In this document: piece by piece, positions 17,044-25,203 of the stretch
How positions within the stretch are numbered: position 1 is the stretch's first letter
Layout of the letters: each line of letters begins with the position of its first letter
Source: Thermoplasmatota archaeon
GTDB lineage: Archaea; Thermoplasmatota; Penumbrarchaeia; Penumbrarchaeales; Penumbrarchaeaceae
Direction of reading: 5' to 3'
DNA length: 27,388 bases
Assembly: GCA_965234725.1 (NCBI GenBank)
Contig: CBDDUX010000113.1
Span: 1-27,388, forward strand
Notes under the pieces: generated by a model
Database searches by the model: none
The model's input: only the letters and a program-made list of their open reading frames with translations
What the model was told of the DNA's origin: nothing
Translations under genes and position numbers: made by a program

Positions 17044-18416
17044 TTATCCATTCTTTCGATCGCCTCTCCTATCAACTTTGAATACCTATCGACTATCCGA
17101 TTTAATGAATCGGCAGATCGGGCCTCAACTGTCATTCTTATTACAGGAGATGTATTAGAACATCTTACAAGGACCCAGCCCTCTTCCATGTCCACTCTGA
17201 CACCATCCATTACATTGACCCTCTCTTCACTCTTCAGCAGTTCCTGCTTTAAACCCTCTACGACCTCGAACTTCCTATCATCAGAACACTTGAACGTTTT
17301 TGAATCCGATTGATACTGAGGTATTTCAGAGACCATCTCTGAGAGCTTTCTGCCCTTTGAAGCAAGTATTCTCATCAATTCCAAGGGTGCTACTATCGCA
17401 TCGTCAAAAAGAACATGTTCCGGAACGATGAGGTGACCGGATTTCTCAACTCCGAACACTGCCCCATCCTGCTTTGCTTCCAGGGTCAGGAACGTATGAC
17501 CTACCTTGATCCTCTTTACCCTGGCCCCCATTGGTATGAGGACATCCTCAACGGCCATGGATGATTCCACATTGGCCAGTACCAATCCTCCACCGTCCCT
17601 TTCAATGAGAGAGGAGGCTATGAGTATTCCCAATCTGTCCGTTGAAAGGAAGGTCCCCTTATCATCAACTACCACTGCTCGGTCGCCATCCCCATCAAAT
17701 GCCACACCGAAATCCAATCCCAGATCAAGGACACGGTCCTTTAACTCTCCCAGATTCTTTGGTTTAGGTTCGGATGGCCTTCCGCTGAAGAAAGGATCCG
17801 TTTCACCATTGACTAGCTCCACCTCGGCACCGACCGAACTCAGAACGAATGGAGCACTCAGCGTCATCGCCCCTCCACCACAATCAACGGCTATCCTTGG
17901 CTTCCTGTCGAGGAAATGACCGGAGTACCTCGAGGTCCAGAAATCAACATATCTCTCAAGATAATCCTCTTCAGTGTAACTACCCATATTCCTCCAGTCC
18001 ACATCAACGAACCTCCGATCAAGGACCCTGTCCCTTACCGCCATTATATGTTCTTCCGGGAAACCGACACCATCACCGAAGTAGGCCTTGAGACCGTTCC
18101 ATTCAGGTTCCAGATGTGAAGCGGTGATGAACAATGATGCATCTGCCCCGGAATGGGATCCAGCGTACATTGCGACCCCGAAACCGCATCTGCCCACAGA
18201 TCTGACATCGATCCCCGATGAGAGCAGACCTGACACCAAAGCTCCGTGGAATGAGGCAGAGGTGGTCCTGACATCATAACCCAATACCACCTTTCCAAAA
18301 TGGAGGTCCTCTTTGAGGAAAGCCCCCATTCCTCTTCCAATGTCAATACAGCCCTGTGGATCGAGGTCCGATCCCCAGATCCCACGAATATCATATGCCC
18401 TGAATATGTTCCTCAT
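17040..18416 (-). CDS. Phosphomannomutase/phosphoglucomutase (alpha-D-phosphohexomutase)
   Basis: IFRAYDIRG; phosphoserine loop ITASHLEPEWNGLK; metal loop FDGDGDR; sugar loop GVEKSGH; DGVRV..GWVLVRCSNTSP. Confidence 0.94.
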   Translation of the reverse strand: MRNIFRAYDIRGIWGSDLDPQGCIDIGRGMGAFLKEDLHFGKVVLGYDVRTTSASFHGALVSGLLSSGIDVRSVGRCGFGVAMYAGSHSGADASLFITASHLEPEWNGLKAYFGDGVGFPEEHIMAVRDRVLDRRFVDVDWRNMGSYTEEDYLERYVDFWTSRYSGHFLDRKPRIAVDCGGGAMTLSAPFVLSSVGAEVELVNGETDPFFSGRPSEPKPKNLGELKDRVLDLGLDFGVAFDGDGDRAVVVDDKGTFLSTDRLGILIASSLIERDGGGLVLANVESSMAVEDVLIPMGARVKRIKVGHTFLTLEAKQDGAVFGVEKSGHLIVPEHVLFDDAIVAPLELMRILASKGRKLSEMVSEIPQYQSDSKTFKCSDDRKFEVVEGLKQELLKSEERVNVMDGVRVDMEEGWVLVRCSNTSPVIRMTVEARSADSLNRIVDRYSKLIGEAIERMDN

Positions 18417-18508
18417 TCCATCGACCTCTTTTCCACTATGCGGAGGTACATTTTAACTGATTCCCCCATCAGATGGTTTGAAATAGTCTGGTTTTCCATT
18501 CAGGCTCC

Positions 18509-19810
18509 ATGGATCCGGAATTCCCAGTGCTCCAGGTAGCTCTTGATCTCATCCAGGGGGGTAGATCAATTCAGATCGCCAGAGAAGCAGTAGAAGGAGG
18601 AACTGACTGGATAGAGGCGGGCACGCCATTGATCAAGAGCGAGGGGATGGAGATCATCAGGAAGCTAAGGTCCGAATTCCCTGGAAGGACCATTATTGCG
18701 GATATGAAGACCATGGACACAGGTGGTTTCGAGACGGAGATGGTTGCAAGGGCCGGAGCAACTATGAACACCATAATGGGAGTTACGGACAACGGCACCA
18801 TTCTGGAAGCTGTGAGGTCTGGCAGCAAATATGGTTGCAGGATCATGGTCGACCTTATGGGAGTTGAGGACAAAGTATCAAGGGCCAAAGAGCTGGAGAA
18901 GATGGGAGTGGATTTTCTCTGCCTGCATGTTTCCATTGATGACCAGATGTTGGGAATGACATTCACTGAAGAATTGAAGAAACTCTCTTCTCATACATCT
19001 CTACCCATTGCAGTAGCGGGAGGGATCACATCCGAATCGGCTGCAGACATGATCAAAGCTGGTGCTTCGATAATTATTGTGGGAGGTGCGATCACAAAAA
19101 GCCCTGATGTCAAGGAAGCCTCTTCCACCATCAAACGGGCCATGGAGACAGGTGAGAAGATCGAGACAAGCAGATACAAGCGTTACACTGATGAAGAGGG
19201 CATAAGGAAAGCTCTCCTGGAGGTCTCCGCTCCCAACGTGGCCGATGCAATGCACAAGAAGGGGGCAATGAGGGGTATCAGACCGGTGAAACCCGGGATG
19301 AAATGCGTTGGCCCTGCTTATACATGCAGGACGATCGACGGAGATTGGGCAAAGACCGTGGAGGCCATCGAAAAGGCCAGACCGGGAGATGTTCTGGTAA
19401 TTGATGCAGGATCGAGGCATATCAGTCCCTGGGGGGAACTTGCCACATGGTCCTGCAAGATGAGAGGTATCTCAGGGGTGATCCTTGATGGTGCTGCAAG
19501 AGATGTTGACGATATCATGAAGATGGATGTTCCAGTATTCTCCAGGACCTTGGCCCCCAACGCAGGGGAACCAAAAGGGTTCGGTGAACTTCAGGTTGAC
19601 ATCGAATGCGGGGGTATCGAGGTGAGGCCGGGGGACTGGATAATCGCAGACGACTCAGGGATCATGGTGATACCCAAAGAAAGGGCCGTTGAGATATCTA
19701 ACAGGGCTCTTGATGTAAAGGAGAGGGAGAGCAGGATCAGAGAAGAGATACAGAGAGGATCCACCCTATCCGAGGTCCTGGAACTGGAGAAATGGGAGAA
19801 AAAACAGTGA
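18509..19810 (+). CDS. hxlA: 3-hexulose-6-phosphate synthase fused to an RraA/MenG-like (HMG aldolase-like) domain
   Basis: N-terminal LQVALD, WIEAGTPLIKSEG, ADMKTMDTG, AVAGGI, IVGGAIT. C-terminal PNVADAM, GPAYT, PGDVLVID, WGELA, DGAARD, GDWIIADDSG. Confidence 0.9.
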   Translation: MDPEFPVLQVALDLIQGGRSIQIAREAVEGGTDWIEAGTPLIKSEGMEIIRKLRSEFPGRTIIADMKTMDTGGFETEMVARAGATMNTIMGVTDNGTILEAVRSGSKYGCRIMVDLMGVEDKVSRAKELEKMGVDFLCLHVSIDDQMLGMTFTEELKKLSSHTSLPIAVAGGITSESAADMIKAGASIIIVGGAITKSPDVKEASSTIKRAMETGEKIETSRYKRYTDEEGIRKALLEVSAPNVADAMHKKGAMRGIRPVKPGMKCVGPAYTCRTIDGDWAKTVEAIEKARPGDVLVIDAGSRHISPWGELATWSCKMRGISGVILDGAARDVDDIMKMDVPVFSRTLAPNAGEPKGFGELQVDIECGGIEVRPGDWIIADDSGIMVIPKERAVEISNRALDVKERESRIREEIQRGSTLSEVLELEKWEKKQ

Positions 19811-20956
19811 TCATTCCTTTCTAAGGACATCTTCCAGGACAGGAAGCATCCCATCAATGGCATCCCTTGTAACGTGAGGCATTACAACGAATCTGAGAGC
19901 CGAGGGTTCCTTGACCCTGGAAATATAATATCCCCTTTTCTGCATCATCTTTTGGACCCATTCGGGATCATGATGATGGACCGCAATGATGTTCATCAAA
20001 GGTTCCATTACGATCTCCAATCCCATTTTCTTCAATCCATCTCTCATATGGTATGTATTCTCCATGCATGACCGGACCCTTTCCCTGTAACCGGACCTGC
20101 CAAGGAGTTCCATTACCGCATAGGCCCCGCAAACCGCCCCGGAGTCCCTTGTCCCTGCCAACGTATAAGCCTTGGAACTGGTGAGATATGGTGAACTTAC
20201 TGCAAGGTACTTCAGGGGATACTCTTCCCTGAAAAGAAGACACCCGGCTGGGATCGTGGATCCGCCCATCTTGTGTGGGTCCAGGGAAAGAGTCGTTACA
20301 CCATTCACACGGAAATCCCATTGTAGAAGTTCATCCGGAAGCTTTCCCATCTCTTCCAGGAAGGGGATCACGAATCCACCGAAAGCGGCATCGACATGGA
20401 GAGGAACATCACCAATTATCTCGGACACCTTCTTGATACGGTCCAAGGATCCGAGCTCTGTGGAACCAGCAACAGTGAGTACACAGGCAATATCATCTGT
20501 TAGAGAGGACTCCAGATGGTCAAGTGATATCGAGAAATCCTCCTGGAGGTCGATTGGAACGGGTTCCAGGTCCAGAAGTTTCAAGGCTTTCAGGACTGAA
20601 AAGTGTACTGACCTTGGGAAAAGGACCTTCTTCCCTCCTGTCATGCTCTTCGCTCTATAAAGAGCGGTAATATTTGCCTCAGTCCCTCCTGAAAGGACGT
20701 GACCGAAAGAGTTTTCCAAATGAAGGAGGGAACCAAGGTTTTCCACAACCCTCTTCTCCATCTCAAGGGTTCCCGGATACAGACCTGGATTACCCAGATT
20801 CGCTTCGCTCATCATCGCGTTTACCCTTACCGCTAGAGGATGCGGTGTCGTGCACATGGACCCGAAGATACGTCCTGAAGAAAAAGGTACATCAAGAGTT
20901 TTTAGGCCATTGACGACCTTAATTATTTCCGCCTCGGTTTTCCCTTTTTCATCCAT
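19811..20956 (-). CDS. mfnA: MfnA-family PLP-dependent L-tyrosine/L-aspartate decarboxylase
   Basis: GRIFGSMCTTPHP; NLGNPGLYPGT; SGGTEANI; LHVDAAFGGF; PLP-lysine SLDPHKMG; LAGTR; LRFVVMPHV. Confidence 0.92.
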   Translation of the reverse strand: MDEKGKTEAEIIKVVNGLKTLDVPFSSGRIFGSMCTTPHPLAVRVNAMMSEANLGNPGLYPGTLEMEKRVVENLGSLLHLENSFGHVLSGGTEANITALYRAKSMTGGKKVLFPRSVHFSVLKALKLLDLEPVPIDLQEDFSISLDHLESSLTDDIACVLTVAGSTELGSLDRIKKVSEIIGDVPLHVDAAFGGFVIPFLEEMGKLPDELLQWDFRVNGVTTLSLDPHKMGGSTIPAGCLLFREEYPLKYLAVSSPYLTSSKAYTLAGTRDSGAVCGAYAVMELLGRSGYRERVRSCMENTYHMRDGLKKMGLEIVMEPLMNIIAVHHHDPEWVQKMMQKRGYYISRVKEPSALRFVVMPHVTRDAIDGMLPVLEDVLRKE

Positions 20957-21037
20957 CTGAACCTTCTTGGAATATAATGATGGCTATTAATCTATACGGT
21001 CCGTAAAAGTTCTCTATTGATAAATATCACAAAACTG

Positions 21038-21087
21038 TTTTATATGTTGGGCTGGGCTAGTTGACCATAGGACTATTCGATGGTCAA
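21038..21087 (+). promoter_or_regulatory. TATA box and 8-bp inverted repeat upstream of the wHTH-KaiC-like operon
   Basis: TTTTATAT at 21038-21045 preceded by purine-rich CAAAA; TTGACCAT-N11-ATGGTCAA at 21061-21087. Confidence 0.5.
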
Positions 21088-21096
21088 GGTGTGGAG

Positions 21097-21576
21097 ATGA
21101 AAAGGCCTAAAAGGAGAAGCATGAAGGAGTCCAAAACGGACATGATAGCCTCTATCTTCACCTCCAGGCCCCTTGACCTTGTTTCTCCCAAGGATGTCTC
21201 CTCTGAGCTGAAAATGGACCTTCAACTGGTCACTTCCATCATGAGCAGGCTCCGTTCGGAAGGTCTCATAGAAAGGGTTGGCTGGGGCCAATACAAGTTG
21301 AAGATGGAATCCAATATCGAGAATAGATATCTGGAGGACATCAACAGGGAACTGAGGGACATGGCATCCATGATCCTGGGCAGGACGGCGATTCTCGACG
21401 GCATCCAGAGCAACGGTGATCCCTTCAAGGAATTGATAGGATTATACAGTTCCCTTAGAAAGATCGGAGGAGAAGCAATGGCCTCCAATCTATTGAGATT
21501 ATGCGCTAAGAAGATCCTCCTTGCTGATAAAGTGGATGTCCTGATCGAAAGTGTTGGTGAGGTGATGGAGGAATGA
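21097..21576 (+). CDS. Winged-helix DNA-binding domain protein with C-terminal helical domain (ATG 21097 preferred over TTG 21061)
   Basis: VSPKDVSSELKMDLQLVTSIMSRLRSEGLIERVGWGQYKL is a wHTH with wing; ATG follows AGGTGTGGAG; ATGA overlap with the next gene. Confidence 0.75.
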   Translation: MKRPKRRSMKESKTDMIASIFTSRPLDLVSPKDVSSELKMDLQLVTSIMSRLRSEGLIERVGWGQYKLKMESNIENRYLEDINRELRDMASMILGRTAILDGIQSNGDPFKELIGLYSSLRKIGGEAMASNLLRLCAKKILLADKVDVLIESVGEVMEE

Positions 21577-21884
21577 GCGTAATTGCTCACACTTTCGGAC
21601 TAGATACTTATGGAGAGGCATTACCTCCTCTGCTGGTCAAATTCGAGGAAGGTCTGGCAACCTATATCGGTGTACTGTCAAAGTTCATAGTCAAACGACA
21701 GTTCGAACTTGTGGTTCCAGGTGGAAATAATAATTTAACAGCTGAAACTGCCAAAATGGTATCCGACTCGATCCTTGAGGAGGCATCCCTTCTCATTGGA
21801 AGCGGCAGGACCGAGGAACTTAGATCCAAATTCAGATTTCTTATTGACTATCAATTCAAGGAGGTAAATTCCCATGGAAGATAG
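21573..21884 (+). CDS. Small helical hypothetical protein
   Basis: ATG follows GGAGGA; overlaps both neighbours; LATYIG..SKFIVKRQ and ASLLIG helical motifs. Confidence 0.75.
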   Translation: MSVIAHTFGLDTYGEALPPLLVKFEEGLATYIGVLSKFIVKRQFELVVPGGNNNLTAETAKMVSDSILEEASLLIGSGRTEELRSKFRFLIDYQFKEVNSHGR

Positions 21885-22596
21885 GAAGGCAACACACATT
21901 CCGGGTCTGGACGAACTCATAGGCGAAGGTTTCCCGGATGGCACTATAAATTTGATTACTGGACCAGCGGGCAGCGCAAAGTCGCTTTTCGGAATCCACT
22001 ATGTTTACAATGGTGCAAAGATAGATGACGAAACGAGCATATATCTGACACTCGAGGAGAGCAGGGAATCCATTCTCAGGGCCGCCAGATCATACGGAAT
22101 GGACCTGGAAAGCCTCGAGAAAGATGGTAAGGCCTACCTTATCGACCTGGGAAAAATGAGGATCGAATGCTCATCTTCCGAGGAATTGGAATGGGGCCTA
22201 GCTAGTTTCGAGACCCTGCAGGACTTCCTGAAGAACCATATTACATTCAGCGGTGCTACAAGACTGGTCCTGGATTCTGTGACAGCGGTGGGCGTATATT
22301 ACAAATCGAATGAATTGCTCCGAAGAGAGCTCTTTAAATTCTCAAGGTTCTTAAAGGAATCCGGGATCACATCGATCATTATCTCTGAAGTGACTGGTGA
22401 AAGCGATACCAGGTATGGTATAGAGGAGTTCATTGCGGACTCTCTGATCAAGATGGATTATGAATCCACCGCCGGGGAATACAGAAGGACCTTGACCGTG
22501 AAGAAGATGAGGTTCACCAAGCACGACCCCCTCAAACATCCTTTTCTGATAATGGACAATGGGATCGAGGTATCTCCAGACGAAGTGATCGGATAA
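21874..22596 (+). CDS. KaiC/RAD55-like RecA-superfamily ATPase, single domain
   Basis: THIPGLDELIGEGFP; Walker A GPAGSAKS; YLTLEE; Walker B RLVLDS; YGIEEFIAD; RTLTVKKMR; SD GGAGGT. Confidence 0.9.
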   Translation: MEDRKATHIPGLDELIGEGFPDGTINLITGPAGSAKSLFGIHYVYNGAKIDDETSIYLTLEESRESILRAARSYGMDLESLEKDGKAYLIDLGKMRIECSSSEELEWGLASFETLQDFLKNHITFSGATRLVLDSVTAVGVYYKSNELLRRELFKFSRFLKESGITSIIISEVTGESDTRYGIEEFIADSLIKMDYESTAGEYRRTLTVKKMRFTKHDPLKHPFLIMDNGIEVSPDEVIG

Positions 22597-22615
22597 GAAC
22601 GATTGGTGAGAACAG

Positions 22616-24649
22616 ATGACCGACCTGCTGACCTATGGAAAGCTCATTTCGAGCTTCATCCGAAAGATGACATCTCCAGAGATAGGTCAGTTCAGACTTG
22701 AAATATCCACATTCAGGATAATACTGGAAAGGGCCAGGATCGAGAATCCAAAGCTTGTCAAGTTCTCAATAACCGATAGTGGAGAGATCGTCAACAACCT
22801 AAAGGATGAGGAATCTTCCTTGAAGGTCCTCTCCTCCTTCTTGCAGAAATCCCTGGATTTCATATCCTCATTGATCGGTGAGGAGCTGGCAAGGGACATC
22901 ATATCCTCAGCGATGAAGGATGAGATATCGGATCTGTCGACCGAGGTGAGGGGAAGAGAGATCCTACTTGAACATATACCCGAACCCTTCAAAACAGCCC
23001 TGATAGATGCTATGGAGAAGAGAGAAGGTACTTCCGATCATGAGGAGATCATCAACCTGTTCCAGGAGGTCATCCAGGCCTACCTCAAGGACCTATCCAC
23101 CCATACTGATCTATCTGCGTTCAAGCTAAAACTCTCAATAATGAGAGAGAAGTTCACCCTTTTGAAATATGTAGAACTTTCCAAGGATAATTCCATTAAG
23201 ATCGACAAGGAGAGATGGGCATCCGCCGAACAGGAAGATGTCAGGATGGCACTTGCAGCTCTTTTCAACTCCATGGTAGGTCTTTCCACATTCCTCCTTG
23301 GTAAAGAGGAAGCAGTAAAAAAGGCCTCAAGGGTCTTCCAGTACTATTTCGATGGCAAGGATGAACTTCTGGAAAAATATCACCTCCAGGAGGATATCTT
23401 AGACGGTGCCCTCAACATGAAGGTCTCCACCGGAGTAGAGGTCCTTGACATGAGAATGGGGGGAGGAATACCAAAAGGAGCATCGATCCTGCTAATATCT
23501 CCATCGGGTATCGAGAGGGACATATTCATCTCCAATCTCCTTAACAAAGGTTTGAACAATGGTTCCTCGGCCTTGATGGTTCTTTCCAAGGAACCACCCA
23601 GATCGATAAGGATGCTTCTCAGATCCAACGGACTGGATCCGGATGAGCTCGAAGAAGAGGGAAGGTTCAGGATCGTAGATTGGTTCAGCTGGAGGGGGGA
23701 GAGGATAATAGGGGTCGAAAGGGACGGTCATGCCCTGAAATCATCAAAGATCCTTTCCAATCTTGGAATAGCGATCAACAAAGGTCTGAGGGAGCTGACT
23801 TATTCCACTACTAAGGTCGGGATAATCCACATAATAGGTCCTGCTACCAACATCTTCGAGTTCAACCAGGTATACAACTTCATCCAGAGGCTCAGGGCTA
23901 AGTTCAAGGATGACGAGATGGCGTCCATCTTCCTGCTGGAGAAGGATTCCCTCTCAAAGGACCTGGAATCCAGGATCCAGGAGATTTTCGATGGAACTCT
24001 TGAGATAAACAAGGAGATGGTAAAGGGTAAGTTCCAGAGGGAAATGGTCATCAGGTCGCTTTCGGGTGTGGACTTCGATGCCAATCCGCTTCCTTTCCAG
24101 ATCAGGGACAATATGATAATTCCCGAAGGATCGGAGATCGAAGATCTCCAAGTCCCGAAACCTCCCAAGAAACCCACCCCCATTCAACAACCGCGGGTTG
24201 AGGTCGAGGAAACCCCCATATCGAAAGATGACAATGATATCAGGTTAGAGGAAGATCTGGTTCCAGAGTTACCCGAGCTGGAGGAGATGGAAGAGATAAA
24301 AGAGGAGATCCCTGAAACAAAGCTAAAAGTTAAGAGAATGATCAAGAGAAGGATCAAGGAGCAACCGAAGGGTAATGATCTGATTGACCAAATCAAGACA
24401 TCTCCGAATGAAAAGAAGGTTACACCTCAGAAGAAGGTCCGTCTGCTAAAAAGGAAAATTATCAGGAAGGGTCCCAAGAATAGTGAAGACAGGGTTACTA
24501 TCGACCCCGATCTTGAGGGGATGGACCTGGGATTCAAAAAGAACGATCCCAAAGAAGTTCTCTACGAAGCCCTGGAGAACATAGATGAACTTCTGGAAAA
24601 TGAAGATATCTTCTCTTCCTCCGAGAAAAAGAAGAAAACCTTAAATTAA
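22616..24649 (+). CDS. Fusion protein: two N-terminal helical repeats, degenerate KaiC/RAD55-like ATPase domain, charged low-complexity tail
   Basis: KVSTGVEVLDMRMGGGIPKG KaiC-like start; Walker A position SPSGIERD has no Lys; RIVDWFS; Walker B position GIIHII has no Asp; EIFDGTLEI; Pro/Glu/Lys-rich C-terminal ~170 aa. Confidence 0.82.
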   Translation: MTDLLTYGKLISSFIRKMTSPEIGQFRLEISTFRIILERARIENPKLVKFSITDSGEIVNNLKDEESSLKVLSSFLQKSLDFISSLIGEELARDIISSAMKDEISDLSTEVRGREILLEHIPEPFKTALIDAMEKREGTSDHEEIINLFQEVIQAYLKDLSTHTDLSAFKLKLSIMREKFTLLKYVELSKDNSIKIDKERWASAEQEDVRMALAALFNSMVGLSTFLLGKEEAVKKASRVFQYYFDGKDELLEKYHLQEDILDGALNMKVSTGVEVLDMRMGGGIPKGASILLISPSGIERDIFISNLLNKGLNNGSSALMVLSKEPPRSIRMLLRSNGLDPDELEEEGRFRIVDWFSWRGERIIGVERDGHALKSSKILSNLGIAINKGLRELTYSTTKVGIIHIIGPATNIFEFNQVYNFIQRLRAKFKDDEMASIFLLEKDSLSKDLESRIQEIFDGTLEINKEMVKGKFQREMVIRSLSGVDFDANPLPFQIRDNMIIPEGSEIEDLQVPKPPKKPTPIQQPRVEVEETPISKDDNDIRLEEDLVPELPELEEMEEIKEEIPETKLKVKRMIKRRIKEQPKGNDLIDQIKTSPNEKKVTPQKKVRLLKRKIIRKGPKNSEDRVTIDPDLEGMDLGFKKNDPKEVLYEALENIDELLENEDIFSSSEKKKKTLN

Positions 24650-24682
24650 AGTATCTGGCACTCCAACATAGAGGGTTAGTGC

Positions 24683-25189
24683 TTGTTAGAGATCTTCAAG
24701 ATAAAATCAAGGGATAACGGAGACTGTATTGGTTCGGTGATCTATCGTGAAGGTACCCTTCTCGTTGATTGTTCTACCTGCAGTGGACCTTGTTCCCTTT
24801 CAGAGATCAGATGTTTCAAAGGTCTATCCGGGAGGATCGTACCCGGTTTTTCTGGAGAGATAATCCTTTCAAGGATCGAGCAAAGGGGTTATTCCGGTCC
24901 CATTGTGGAGGTGCTTGATTCCTATACAGAGATACTGTCACTATTCAAGGGGTCAGGAACAGAAGCCAGAACAGATATATTGAAGATAATTAAGCGATCG
25001 GAAGAATGTTTCAAAGAGGACCCTTCTCAGTTTATTAAGATGTCAAAAATGTATAAAAAAGAGCTTGCAAGGTCCAAGGCTGGTGATGATCTGATACCTC
25101 ATTTTGATGATATCATTGAGAGGTGCGACATACTGATGAGGAAATTGAACATGACAGCCGAAGGACAGTCGATTTTAATACCCAAATAA
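24683..25189 (+). CDS. Hypothetical protein with CxxCxxxCx6C motif
   Basis: LLVDCSTCSGPCSLSEIRCF..IILSRIEQRGYSG; TTG start after GAGGG; same strand, 33 nt after the previous stop. Confidence 0.7.
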   Translation: MLEIFKIKSRDNGDCIGSVIYREGTLLVDCSTCSGPCSLSEIRCFKGLSGRIVPGFSGEIILSRIEQRGYSGPIVEVLDSYTEILSLFKGSGTEARTDILKIIKRSEECFKEDPSQFIKMSKMYKKELARSKAGDDLIPHFDDIIERCDILMRKLNMTAEGQSILIPK

Positions 25190-25203
25190 CCATAGGACAG
25201 AAC

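Noticed and set aside
21874..24649. Canonical circadian KaiABC clock, or RadA/RadB recombinase
   Set aside because: No KaiA/KaiB, no double-domain KaiC and no Ser-Thr phosphosites; motifs (LEE, EEFIAD, KMR) are KaiC/RAD55-like rather than RadA/RadB.
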